From positions 1 through 35,428 of the forward strand of contig NW_021829889.1 of the NCBI RefSeq assembly GCF_006345805.1: 35,428 nt of DNA, written 5' to 3'. Origin of the DNA: Octopus sinensis. Taxonomy: Eukaryota. The position numbers and the translations under genes are program-made. Shown here piece by piece: positions 1-12,660 of the stretch. The notes below the pieces were generated by a model. It was not told the DNA's origin. It did not search any database and was given only the letters and a program-made list of their open reading frames with translations. Within the stretch, counting starts at the first letter, position 1; the number at the start of each line of letters is the position of its first letter.

Positions 1-56
1 ACTGCTTTCACTATCAAAATCACCACACATGCCAATCTATGTATATATATATATAC

Positions 57-390
57 ATCATCATCATCATCATCATCGTTTAACGTCCGTTCTCCATGCT
101 AGCTGGATGCCCTTCCTAACGCCAACCACTCCGTGAGTGTAGTGGATGCTTTTTACGTGCCACCTGCACTGGTGCCAGGCGAGGCTGGCATCGGCCACGG
201 TTGGATTGGTGCATTTTATGGAAGCCAGTCGAGGCGGCACTGGCTTCGGCTACGATTCGGATGGTGCTTTTTACATGCCACCGACACAGAAGCCAGTCGA
301 GGCGGCGCTGGCATCAGCCACAATTTGGATAGTGCTTTTTACGTACCTCCAGTCCCAGGGCCCTGGCATCTGCCGGGTGCTAGTCATAGG
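57..390 (-). mobile_element. RTE 3' UTR fragment
   Basis: (CAT)n-cgtttaacgtccgttctccatgctagc end, matching 24545 onward. Confidence 0.85.
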
Positions 391-530
391 ATTGGTTCAA
401 ATATATATATTATATATATGCATGTTTGTGCATGTATGTATGTGTGTGTGTGTGTAGTGTACTGTTCTGTGATGGTAGGTACATGAAATTAATAGTAGCA
501 CATAAATACATATATTGTGTTTAAATTCTA

Positions 531-650
531 TACATGGTTCTGGGTTCAGTCCCACTGTGTGGCATCTTGGGCAAATGTCTTCCACTTTAGCCTTGAGGCG
601 ACCAAAGCCTTGTGAGTGGATTTGGTAGCCGGAAACTGAAAGAAGCCCTT
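531..650 (+). mobile_element. SINE family A, partial
   Basis: Matches the 5' half of the copy at 28809. Confidence 0.85.
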
Positions 651-673
651 GTATATTATATATGTGTATATAT

Positions 674-704
<31 letters not shown>

Positions 705-735
705 CTATATATCTATATTATATATATATATGCAC

Positions 736-1021
736 AGGGGCAATGGACACCATTGATACTCAGAAAACAGATTCCATTACATTCCTGGGGGAGAAACTAG
801 AAGTAGTTGATATTTTCTGCTACCTAGGTGACCAAGTTAGTAGCGGGGGGTGGATGCTCAGAGAGTGTTACCACTAGAATAAGAATAGCCTGGGCAAAGT
901 TTAGGAAGCTTCTTCCCCTACTGGCAACAAAGGGTCTCTCGCTCAGAGTGAAAGGTAGATTGTACGACGCATGTGTGCGAACTGCCATGCTTCATGGCAG
1001 TGAAACATGGGCTGTGACTGC
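736..1021 (+). mobile_element. Internal RTE ORF2 fragment
   Basis: LEVVDIFCYLGDQVSSGGGCSESVTTRIRIAWAKFR..LHGSETW, homologous to 25.7-26.0 kb on the opposite strand. Confidence 0.9.
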
Positions 1022-1218
1022 CTCATGAAGATCACTGCTAGCTCTCACTGTGCCCACAGCTATGTGCTGCCATCTGTTGGCATGATACAGGACTAGTCTG
1101 AGAACTTTTTGATATCACCTTGTATGTTCAATAAAATCCTAATTAACTGATTCTCCTGTATTTTCTTTTACTCAAAGCCAAGAACTTCTCAGTACCAACC
1201 TCATACATACGTACTTAC

Positions 1219-1257
<39 letters not shown>

Positions 1258-1259
1258 AT

Positions 1260-1368
1260 TTTAATCCAAACGGGAAAACAGAAAAAACAACAACACGTGG
1301 AACAATTACAGTATTATTATTATTAGGCGCTCAGGAAAATGGAAGAAGGAGGGTATGACGTTTCGATA
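1260..1368 (-). mobile_element. Truncated copy of the same Penelope-like repeat (only the GAAAC-GUC half of the hammerhead)
   Basis: Reverse complement matches 19010-19117. Confidence 0.5.
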
Positions 1369-1584
1369 CGTATATATATATACGTATATATGCACACACA
1401 CACATATACATACATGTATGTATCCATGACTATATATGTATATGTATATATATATATTTATATATATAATATACAGATATAGATAGATAGATATGTATGT
1501 GTGTATATATATATGTGTGTGTGTGTGTATATATTTTAGTTATATACATGTGTGTGTATGTATCTATATGTGTGTGTGTGTGTA

Positions 1585-1788
1585 TACTCTTTTACATGTT
1601 TCAGTCATTTGACTGTGGCCATGCTGGTGCACCACATTTAGTCAAACAAATTGACTCCAAGACTTATTCTTTGTAAGCCAAGTACTTATTTTGCCAAACT
1701 GCTAAGTCTCGGGGACATAAACACACCAACATCGGTGGGGGTGACAAACACAGACACATAGGCACACACACATAAATATATATACATA

Positions 1789-1823
<35 letters not shown>

Positions 1824-1980
1824 ACAATGAGCTTCTTTCAGTTTCCGTCTACCAAATCCACTCACAAGGCTTTGGTCAGCCCGAGGCAATAGTAGAAGTC
1901 ACTTGCCCAAGTTGCCACACATAGGACTGAACCCAGAACCATGTGATTGGGAAGCAGCCACACAGCCACGCCTGTACCTA
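1585..1980 (-). mobile_element. SINE family A (tRNA-derived, central microsatellite)
   Basis: Colinear with the other family A copies. Confidence 0.9.
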
Positions 1981-2646
1981 TAACCACACATTATATATAT
2001 ATTATATATATAGTATTTTATATAAGCTTAAAGCTGATGGTGATCACCGTGCAATAACTAAGGAAAATAGTCTAGTAATGGGGCATATAAGCCCTCGACA
2101 GAAAAAAAGAAGGCTTTCCTATCTGTGTGGGACTTGAACCCACATCCCTTTGTTAATGCGACTAAGTGTGTTACCTTTACACCAGCAAATTAGCCTCCTC
2201 CCTCTTTCTGTCAAATTTAAGAACTACATTAGTTTGTGTTTGTTTTATGTAAACAAACTTTCTATATAAGCTTTTGAGGCAAATGGTTTTGTTATACGGT
2301 GCCATTTTATTATTATTTGCAGGATTGTAAAATATATATATATATATTTATATTTACTATATTTAAAATGTTGTGAAATATTTTAATGCATTTTAATATT
2401 TTAATTTCAATTTCTATGTATTAATTGTATTTTCTTTATTAATGACAATATGTATTTTAACCAAAGATTCGATGTAAGGTTTTTTCCTCAACTTTTATAA
2501 TTTTATATATTTTTATATTTTATATTGAGCTTATTTTTGTTTATCACTCGAATATGACAGTTATTTGAAAGGACCAATCAAACGAGTTCATTTTTAAAGG
2601 TGTAACGTTTATATTAATCTTGATAGAATTGTCATATCGGTTCTAT

Positions 2647-2705
2647 TTTAACAAAACTGTCCGACGAACGGGAACGTGAAACTCCGAGTAACAGGTTTTG
2701 TTGAA
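2647..2705 (+). ncRNA. Minimal type I hammerhead ribozyme fold (U4C core variant)
   Basis: Stem I about 14 bp with one bulge. Core CCGACGA, stem II ACG-GGAA-CGU, GAAA, stem III ACUC-C-GAGU, GUA cleavage triplet at 2688-2690. Confidence 0.75.
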
Positions 2706-3663
2706 TTTCTACTGTTTTTAAATAAAGCATATTGCTCTACCCCTGGTATTTGAGTACTCTTTTTTTTCTACCTTGTTTCACATTTATGTGTTTACTCCGG
2801 TATATTTATTTATATATATATTCATATATATATATATATATATTTATATATATGGGCATCAGGATTACACTTATTGATTCCCAGGCCAGGCTGTGTTGTG
2901 TTCTTGAGCAAGACAATTTATTTTCACGTTGCTCCAGTTCACTCAGCTGTAGAAGTGAGTTGTGACGTCACTAGTGCACAGCTGCATCCGCCCCTTTGCC
3001 TTTCCCTTGGATAACACTGGTGGTGTGGAGAGGGGAGGTTGGTATGCATGGGCGACTGCTGGTCTTCCATAAACAATCTTGCCCGGTGCAACTTTGCCTG
3101 GGTGCAAACCTTATAGTGTGCTTTCCAAAGCTTCTGTTTGGGTGTCAGCCAACAAATATTATGAAGCAATGGCACTTCTTTTGCCACTGGATATACATGT
3201 GGAAATGCACCTGAAGAGATGCATATACCTCTATTGTTGAATGATATCAATTAATGCAATGTTGTTTATAATATATGTAACATTCAACAATGAACAGCTG
3301 ATAACAAGGTGTTGAAACGATTGTAGTGATATGTAATAAAGCATGCTTGATCCATCTACTCCTATTGATATTTTATATATGGTAAGCTTACATATTTGTA
3401 TCTCCTTGTAGATGCATATCTCATCATCATCAGCCTTTAACGTCCGTTTTTCATGCTGGCATGGGTTGGACAGTGTGACCAGAGCTGGTACGCAGGTGAG
3501 CTGCACCAGGTTCTGTATGGATAAAATGCATAATCTTTGTGAATTTTTCTGAATGTGTAAGTAGCAGTGTGCAGTTACATGCATTTGTCTACATTTAAAT
3601 ATTTATATAAAGCCCCACCAGAAGCAAATTAAAAAACAACAAATAAATTCTTTCTGTAGCAAC

Positions 3664-3836
3664 ATAGGTGCAGGAGTGGCTGTGTGGTAAGTAGCTTGCT
3701 AACCAACCACATGGTTCGGGTTCAGTCCTACTGCGTGGCATCTTGGGCAAGTGTCTTCTGCTATAGCCCCGGGCCGACCAATGCCTTGTGAGTGGATTTG
3801 GTAGACGGAAACTGAAAGAAGCCTGTCATATATATG

Positions 3837-3883
<47 letters not shown>

Positions 3884-4033
3884 TTGTGTGTCTGTGTTTG
3901 TCCCCCTAGCATTGCTTGACAACCGATGCTGGTGTGTTTACGTCCCTGTCACTTAGCGGTTCGGCAAAAGAGACCTATAGAATAAGTACTGGGCTTACAA
4001 AGAATAAGTCCCGGGGTCGAGTTGCTCGACTAA
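3664..4033 (+). mobile_element. SINE family A, 3'-truncated
   Basis: ggtgcaggagtggctgtgtggtaag...ggttcgggttcagtcc...cttgggcaagtg. Confidence 0.9.
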
Positions 4034-5014
4034 GATGAAATCGTCGCAGATAGAGCTTTTCGGAGTGACCCCGCAGCCGATGCTCTGGAGCAGGAGTGAA
4101 GAACAGCTCTTTCAAGAGGTTACACCAGGAAACCGGCCCTTATGAGCCAGGCATGGCTCGAGAAGGAACAAATAATCTATTTATCTGTCTCCCTATCAAT
4201 CTAAATATATATGTGCGTGTGTGTGCACACTTTCATGATACATACACACACACACACACACACACACGTACCCATGCATGTGCACTCACACACACGTACC
4301 CATGCATGTGCACTCACACACACACACACACATACATACACACACACGCACACACAAACGTGCACGCGCAAACATATGCACACACACATACATAAACACA
4401 CACACATACACAAATACACACACTCAAACACACAGACACACACACACTCACATACACACACACATCCAGAGTCAGTGAGGTGCCAGGCCAAACACTTCCA
4501 AACTTCCAGATGGTTGTCCACTGCCCCACCCCACCCTACTGTACCCACTCCTACCCCCATCCACTCAATCATCGTCCAGTTTCTCCAAGACAAACCATCC
4601 TGTTTCAATTTCCAGTTGATGAGAAATACAACAACAACAACAAGGAACTGCATCAGCCAATGTTTTTTGTAAATTCTCTTGGAAGAACTCTGCAGAAAAT
4701 GCCAAACATTCCTCACTTCACACACATCCACCCTGTAATATATGAAGCCATAAGATTCATTTACATTTTGGTTTGGGTGGTGCTACCCTTATGCAATAAT
4801 AGATTCTTTGAGAAAATAGAGGTTATCTTCCTATGTGGAATGAAAAGATATCTGCTGTTATTCGCAGAGATCGTTTATGGCAGTCTGTCAAAACCAGAAA
4901 TCATTATTTCATTGTGGGAAAAGATTTGAGCATTTGGATTTTAGATACTGGGTCCAAAATATTTTGCATGGGTACAACCAAAGGCCTTCATTTCATGGTT
5001 GAAGGATGAGATAT

Positions 5015-5210
5015 TACTCTTTTACTCTTTTATTTGTTTCAGTCATTTGACTGCGGCCATGCTGGAGCACCGCCTTTAATCGAGCAACTCGACCCCAGGA
5101 CTTATTCTTTGTAAGTCCAGTCTCTTTGCCAAACTGCTAAGTGACGGGGACATAAACACACCAGCATCGGTTGTCAAGCGATGCTGGTGGAACAAACACA
5201 GATATACAAA

Positions 5211-5252
<42 letters not shown>

Positions 5253-5650
5253 CATATATACGACGGGCTTCTTTCAGTTTCCATCTACCAAATCCACTCA
5301 CAAGGCTTTGGTCGGCCCGAGGCTATAGTAGAAGACACTTGCCCAAGGTGCCACGCAGTGGGACTGAACCCGGAACCATGTGGTTGGTAAACAAGCTACT
5401 TACCACACAGCCACTCCTGCGCCATATATATATATATTTTTTTACTTTTACTTGTTTTAGTTATTTGACTGCAGCCATACTGGAGCACCGTCTTGAGTGG
5501 TTCAACCCCCAGGACATTTTTTTAAAGCCTGGTACTTAGTCTATCAGTCTCTTTTGCCAAACTGCTAAATTACAGAGACACAAACACACCAACACTGGTT
5601 GCCAAGCAATGATGGGGGGGGGACAAACACAGACACAAAGACACACATAT
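5015..5650 (-). mobile_element. Two adjacent SINE family A copies (5015-5423 full, 5441-5650 partial)
   Basis: Same consensus and (aagagta)n tail. Confidence 0.9.
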
Positions 5651-5663
5651 AAATATATATATA

Positions 5664-6028
5664 TCTCTCTCTATATAAACGGCAGTTTGTCTGTGTGTGT
5701 TTCTGTGTGTCTGTTAGGTTGTACCCTCACCCTGACCACGGCTTTCAACCGATTCTGATGAAACTTGACACACACATAGCCCAATGTCATAATTCAAAAC
5801 TAACGCAGCGAAAATTTTGAAAAGTTCCCCCAGTTCTGAAAAAAATCGATAAATTCGACATGGGGTCGAGAATCAGAACACAACCACAGACTGTCTAGGG
5901 GACGCAACTCGACCTTTTTAACTAAAAAAAATTTACCATAATTTTTTTCCATTTTTTGGCTATAACTCTCTAAAAATGCTTTATAGTTATTTCCCTTACA
6001 AACCGAGCAACGCCGGGCGATACTGCTA

Positions 6029-6029
<1 letters not shown>
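5664..6029 (+). mobile_element. Non-autonomous Helitron-like element
   Basis: Starts a|TC and ends with a GC-rich inverted motif (cgccgggcg) then CTAG|t. 3' end shared with 17123-17519. Confidence 0.65.
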
Positions 6030-6073
<44 letters not shown>

Positions 6074-6186
6074 TAGATAGATAGATCATACATACATACA
6101 TACATACACACATACATATACATATATATTTGTATGTGTATATAATATATATATATATATACACACACACACATATATATATTTTG

Positions 6187-6235
<49 letters not shown>

Positions 6236-6239
<4 letters not shown>

Positions 6240-7519
6240 GTTGTCCAGAAAGTTCATGCCGATTTTTAAAGGAAAGAAAAAGGTCAATAAATACTTGCCA
6301 TTACATTTTTAATCTACCAAATATGAACCATTTTGTTGCACAATGCGTCTCCATCCTTCCTTTAACTTGGAAATATCCTCTTCCCAGAATTGAGGAGGTT
6401 TCATGGCAAAGAATACATCAAGGTATCTTTTTACGTCATCCAAGGAATTGAAATTTTTACCATTAAGACTATTCTGCAGAGACCTGAATAAGTGGAAATC
6501 CGAAGGAGCAATATCTGGTGAATATGGAGGGTGGGGTAATACATCCCAGCCGAGCTGCAGCAATTTTTGTTTGGTTCCCAAAGAAACATTCGGTCTTGCA
6601 TTATTATGTTGGAAAACAACACCCTTTCTGTTGACCAATTCTGGACGTTTCTCTTGAATTGCTGCTTTTAACTCATCCAGTTGTGTGCAGTATTCCTCAG
6701 AATTAATTGTCTGGTTACTTGGGAGAAGCTCATAGTACAGAATTCCTTTCCAATTCCACCAGACACAAAGCAAGACTTTTTAGGGTGAAGACCCACTTTT
6801 GGGGTAGCTAAGGGTGGCTCATGTCGCTTACTCCAGGATCGCTTTCTCTGAACATTTCGGTAGATAATCAATTTCTCATCACCTGTCACAATTTGCTTTA
6901 AAAAAGGCGTGTATTCATTCTGTTTATAACACAAATCACATATAGAAATGTGATCCCAAAGGTTCTTCCCACTCAACTCATGTGGTACCCAAACATTGTA
7001 GCAATTTGTGTACCCAAGTTTTACCAGGTGCTCATGACGGATTTTAATAGGTTGAGGCTTCCTGCCAATTCTCGGGTTGTGCAATGAGGGTTATTCTCAA
7101 TTAATGACTTGATTTGGTCATCATCTGTAGTGGATGGTCTGCCTGATCACTTTTTATCAATAAGACTACAATCTCCAGGCCAGAACTTTGCGAACCCACT
7201 TCCGTACAGTTCTTTCGGATAAAGAAACATTACCGTAATCTGCACATCTTTGATTTTCTTGGTTGCTTGTGAGGCATTTTTCCCTTTACGGAAAAAGAAA
7301 AGCATCAAGTTGCCGAAAATGAACTTTCTTATCTTCCATTTTAAGGGTTACAGAATTCACACAGTTATAGGAACATAACCCTTCTTCCACGAAAAGATAG
7401 CTTAAACTGTGCTCTAAATGGAGGTGTAGTCAAATCCTATTTTAGGGACTCAACCATGTTCTAAAATAAGTCGAAAGGTAAGCTACTATAAATTGGCACG
7501 AACTTTCCAGACAACCCAG
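6236..7519 (-). mobile_element. Full-length decayed mariner transposon (1284 bp)
   Basis: 30 bp TIRs (6236-6265 and 7490-7519, 24/30 identical) with TA flanks. Transposase motifs WVPHEL, TGDEK and HPPYSPDIAPSD. Confidence 0.95.
6309..7339 (-). pseudogene. Mariner DD34D transposase pseudogene
   Basis: Split over several frames. The second catalytic Asp reads HNNARP instead of HDNARP. Confidence 0.9.
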
Positions 7520-7525
7520 TATATT

Positions 7526-7556
<31 letters not shown>

Positions 7557-7557
<1 letters not shown>

Positions 7558-7560
7558 TGA

Positions 7561-7628
<68 letters not shown>

Positions 7629-7835
7629 GTAGGTATGTAGGTAGGTAGGTAGGTAGGTAGGTAGGTAGGTAGGTAGATAGATAGATAGATATATAGATAG
7701 GTAGGTAGGTAGGTAGATAGATAGATAGGTAGGTAGGTAGGTAGGTAGGTAGGTAGGTAGGTAGGTAGGTAGGTAGGTAGATAGATAGATAGATAGATAT
7801 ATAGATAGGTAGATAGATAGATAGACAGACAGACA
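7557..7835. repeat. (TAGA)n/(TAGG)n compound microsatellite
   Basis: Read directly from the sequence. Confidence 0.95.
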
Positions 7836-8511
7836 GCAGGCTGGCTAGCAGAGAAGGTTTAACATCCTCTGATGCCAACATCCCACACCTATGAATTACT
7901 GATATCCTTGTTTATTCCCAATTCCTGCTCACACCACCACCCTCCCCTCAACCAATCCACCCACCCCTCTGCTCCACCCCTCTACACACAATACTTCACC
8001 CACCATCTAACCAAATCCCACGCATGAGTCTCACACATGAATCTCTGGGGACATTCTCCCACTAATTCTAAACAGTGAAATATTTGCTTCTTTCTTATAT
8101 ATTTGTTTCCATTTGTTTCTAAACTTTTTCTTGTGACTTTTTTAAAAATTTCAGTTCCATTTTGTTGTGTTTGATAATGTATGTATATTTATATGTATAT
8201 ATCAATCATCATCATTGTTTTTATGTATGTATGTGATGTATGTATGTTGTATGTATGTATGTATGTATGTATGTATGTATGTATGTATGTATATATATAT
8301 ATACATATTATATATATATATATATATTATATAATATCTATATATATATATATATGTATGTATATATATATATATATATTATTATATATAATGTATGTAT
8401 ATATATATAATATAAATATGTTATATTGTATATCATATATATATATCTATATAATATGTATGTATATTATATATAATATATCTCTATATATATATATACA
8501 TACATACATAC

Positions 8512-8567
<56 letters not shown>

Positions 8568-9012
8568 ACTTTTATATATAGTGTATGTATATAATATACA
8601 TACACCACATACATATATATGTATGTGTACATGTATGTATGCATGCATGTATGCATGCATGCATGTATGCATGTAAGTGTATATGTGTGTATACCTATGC
8701 TGGTGGGTGTATCTGATATTGTTTCTATACTTCTGTACTGCGCCATCACACTTGACAAACACTTTCTTCCTTTCTTCTTTCTTTCCCCGACCCCCCCCGT
8801 ACTCCCATACATCTCACCCCCCACCCCCACCCCCCACACACCACCATTAAGAGCTGCACTTACATTTGTTTATTAATCTGCTTTCGTAAATACCATCCTC
8901 ATTGATTCCGGAGATAAGCTGCATTTATCAAGTTATATCGTGGCGTACATACTTACATACATAAATAAATATGTGTTTGTGTGTGTATACACATATATAT
9001 ATATACATACAC

Positions 9013-9064
<52 letters not shown>

Positions 9065-9105
9065 GTATATATACATACCTATATATTAACACATACATTA
9101 TATAT

Positions 9106-9138
<33 letters not shown>

Positions 9139-9183
9139 ACACACAACATATATATATTATAATATATATATAGATACCCCAAC

Positions 9184-9215
<32 letters not shown>

Positions 9216-9234
9216 ATATACACACAAACATACA

Positions 9235-9279
<45 letters not shown>

Positions 9280-9547
9280 CTGGCATATGTGCAGACAATA
9301 ATTGCATACATATATATTGGATTATATTGTAATTGTATATCCATATCCTTTTCGACAGAGTGAAATACACAGTTAGCATGTAACACGGGGTGTGTTGTAA
9401 ACTTTGATAAGGAACAAGTGAAAAAATGCTTTATAAGATTAAAAGACTTCTCCTGCTCTATCTCTGACACTTCTGTCTCCTTTCTTGACAATTCGGTCAG
9501 CATTCATCCCTGCACTCTCACCACCTCCATCCACTTCTTCTTAGCAC

Positions 9548-9904
9548 TCCGTCAGTTACGATGATGAGGGTTCCGGTTGATCCTGCTCGTGAAATTAACG
9601 TGTAAGTGGCTGAGCACTCCAAAGACACGTGCACCCTTAACGTAGTTCTCAGGGATATTCAGCGTGACACAGAGAGTGACAAGGCCGGCCCCTTGAATAC
9701 AGGTACAACAAAACAGGAAGTAAGAGTGAGAGAAAGTTGTGGTGAAAGAGTACAGCAGGGATCACCACCATCCCCTGCCGGAGCCTCATGGAGCTTTTAG
9801 GTGTTTTCGCTCAATAAACACTCACAACGCCCGGTCTGGGAATCGAAACCGCGATCCTATGACCGCGAGTCCGCTACCCTAACCACTGGGCCATTGCGCC
9901 TCCA
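9548..9904 (-). mobile_element. SINE family C (tRNA head at the right end)
   Basis: Near-identical to 19860-20236. A box tggcccagtgg and B box gtttcgattccc on the minus strand. Confidence 0.9.
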
Positions 9905-10544
9905 CCCTCCATCCACTACAAACACACAGACTCACACTCATACCTCAACTTCTCCTCCTCCCACCCTAAACCCACCAAGCTTTCCATCCCCTATTCCCTA
10001 ATTCCTCCGTCTACACAGGCTCTGTAGTGACGCCCATGACTTTGAGACTCAGTCTCAACTCATGGTTCGCCACTTCATCCTACGTGGATATCCCCTCACC
10101 ACTTTCCACACCGCTCTTACCAGAACATGTTCCATGGACCGTGCTTCTGCTCTCTCCCCTTTTTTCTCTACAGTATCTCGTAAGCTTAACTGAAGACGAA
10201 CGAACACTTATGGTGTTAATTCCGAAATTGATTCAATATTGAGATAACAAAGCGGTGCCCCAGCATGGCCACAGCTCATAGCTGAAACTAGAATCAATCA
10301 ATCATAATCAATCATACATATATTATATATATTATATTATATATATATATATAATATATGTATTATTGATTAATGGGGATCTAAATGATCCTGGTAATTA
10401 ACTCATTAACACTCCAATGAATATTGCACATTTGGCTAACAGGGCCCTCAAGAAGAGTTCATTAATACGACTCAATCAACGAACCAGTCAAATACTTGTG
10501 ATCAAGCAAGAGATTAATTTTACTTGTGATATGTTCAATATTCC

Positions 10545-10626
10545 CTGATGAAATGGTGTGGCTGAGTAATAATGTAATATTATATACAGTTGAATAAATA
10601 GCCATGCTATTGAAACACTTTGAGTC
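10545..10626 (+). ncRNA. Degenerate hammerhead-like fold
   Basis: CUGAUGA at 10545, 12 bp stem II (10552-10563 with 10600-10611, 3 GU pairs), GAAA at 10612, ACAC-UUU-GAGU, GUC. Stem I does not pair. Confidence 0.45.
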
Positions 10627-10744
10627 TCCATTCTTGTTTCTTTATATATGCATGCATGCTTGTATGTATGTGTGTGTATATATATATATATGTGTGTGTG
10701 TATGTGTGTTTATATAATATCTCTCTTTTTCCTCTCTTTTTCTC

Positions 10745-11150
10745 TTCTACTTGTTTCAGTCATTTGACTGCAGCTATGCTGGAGCACTGCTTTTAGTCAA
10801 GCAAATCGACCCCAGGACTTATTCTTTGGAAGCCTAGTACTTATTCTATCAGTCCTTTTTGCTGAACTGCTAAGTTACGGAGAGGTAAACACACAACCAT
10901 CGGTTGTCAAGCGATGTTGGGTGGGGGGACAAACACAGGCACACAAACATACACACACACATACACACACGCACACACACACACACAACAGGCTTCTTTC
11001 AGTTTCTGTCTACCAAATCCACTCACAAGGCTTTGGTCGGCCCGAGGCTATAGTAGAAGACACTTGCCCAAGGTGCCACGCAGTGGGATTGAACCCAGAA
11101 CCATGTGGTTGATAAGCAAGCTACTTACCACACAGCCATGCCTGTGCCTA
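10745..11150 (-). mobile_element. SINE family A
   Basis: Same consensus. Confidence 0.9.
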
Positions 11151-11326
11151 CACAGCCGTGTGTGTAAGACAGGGTATGAATAATGGTAATTACATCTTTT
11201 CCTTTATTGCAGTAATATTGCAGCTGTTTCCAGTAGTAAATTCAGGATTATTATTGATAGGTTTACTCAATCAATCGATTGATTGAGAAAAAAATGACCT
11301 AAAAAAATTAACATTACTTTCATATG

Positions 11327-11670
11327 TGAAGGCACATGGCTCAGTGGTTAGAGCATCGAGCTTACGATCGTGAGGTTGTGAGCTCGAATCCCGGACGGGG
11401 CTGCGTGTTGTGTTCTTGAGCAAGACACTTTATTTCACGTTGCTCCAGTTCACTCAGCTTTAGAAATGAGTTGCGACGTCACAGGTGCCAAGCTGTATCG
11501 GCCCTTGCCTTTCCCTTGGACAACATCGGTGACGTGGAGAGGGAGGCCGGTATGCATGGGCGACTGCTGGTCTTCCATAAAACAACCTTGCCCAGACTTG
11601 TGCCTCAGAGGGTAACTCTCTAGGTGCAAACCCATGGTCACTCATGACCGAAGGGGGTCTTTACCCTTAC
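11327..11670 (+). mobile_element. SINE family B (tRNA head); partial copy at 2880-3115
   Basis: A box TGGCTCAGTGG at 11337, B box GCTCGAATCCC at 11382. Body matches 2890-3080. Confidence 0.85.
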
Positions 11671-11907
11671 TTTCATCAGAGTCATTTCTGGTTCTAACAA
11701 AACAGAACACATTTGCAGTATAAAATAGTGGTGAACTATAACCTCAGACCCAGCCACGAGAATACATGCAGTTCTTTAGTAATCTAAACAATATTCTTAC
11801 CTTGGTGTAATAACTCTCTCTATATATAAGAAACAAGTTATTATATCATTCTGTGTAAACACCAGTTTGTCTGGAACCCAACCATGGATTTACAATATAG
11901 AATTGTG

Positions 11908-12071
11908 ATAGGTGCAGGAGTGGCTGCGTGGTAAGTAGCTTGCTTACCAACCACATGGTTCTGGGTTCAGTCCCACTGTGTGGCACCTTGGCCAAGTGTC
12001 TTCTACTATAGCCTCGGTCAACCGAAGCCTTGTGAGTAGATTTGGTAGACGGAAGCTGAAAGAAACCCATC

Positions 12072-12100
<29 letters not shown>
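11908..12100 (+). mobile_element. SINE family A, 5' half
   Basis: Same consensus. Confidence 0.85.
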
Positions 12101-12102
<2 letters not shown>

Positions 12103-12505
12103 CATACAAATGATAGATTGCTAGTAAAATTTAAATTAAGACACTATTACAAACTTAGAAAGGAAAACCCTCAACAAATTGGTATCTTTCAGTACCAGAC
12201 GTCTCCAAAAATGCTTACTGGTGCACTTGGTTACACTTAAATAAAATTTGATAGATACTCAAGGGGACAGGGTCCAAGAATACCTAATTCAGCCAAACCA
12301 GATAATATTTTCATGTCTCATTTCTTTAAATTATATCTTTTTTTAATAATTATCTGCTTTAGTATATATTTATTTCCATGCAAAAATATGAGCATGCTTA
12401 CATATGAGAATATGCATTCATGTGATAGATATGTATATGTATCTATCTATTTGCCTGTATGCATACATATGCATGAACAATGATATAAATATATATATAT
12501 ATATA

Positions 12506-12564
<59 letters not shown>

Positions 12565-12597
12565 AATATGATATATTTGGCAATTATTCGGTTGCCA

Positions 12598-12660
12598 TAA
12601 TAAAACTCTGTGTTTCGGATCTTGGGTCGGAAATCAGCTCTGGCACCTCGTCAGTTATTA
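12598..12660 (-). ncRNA. Minimal type I hammerhead ribozyme fold, consensus core
   Basis: Minus strand reads UAAUAA-CUGACGA-GG..CC-GAAA-CACAGAG-UU/UUAUUA. Stem I is a perfect 6 bp, stem II only 2 clear bp, GUU site. Confidence 0.6.

Noticed and set aside
4480-4929. 149 aa ORF with hydrophobic stretches
   Set aside because: GTG start next to a CA repeat, no recognisable domain, signal peptide or paralog. Treated as chance pending expression data.
5171-5539. Recurrent ORFs containing RRHLPKVPRSGTEPGTMWLV
   Set aside because: Antisense read-through of SINE family A, repeated in every copy.
5750-5770. CTGATGA motif
   Set aside because: Inside the Helitron-like element, with no stem II or GAAA/UH arrangement.
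8181-9503. Long YI/HT/VC-rich ORFs here and across the window
   Set aside because: Translations of (TA)n, (CA)n and (TATG)n microsatellites.
9480-9545. Coding exon at the start of the 191 aa minus-strand ORF
   Set aside because: The upstream frame reads KKWMEVVR followed by a stop, resembling a decayed RTE C-terminus, and the rest is microsatellite.
11327-11400. tRNA gene
   Set aside because: A and B boxes are present but continue into a SINE body without a closed cloverleaf. The same applies at 9830-9904, 20160-20236 and 23234-23290.
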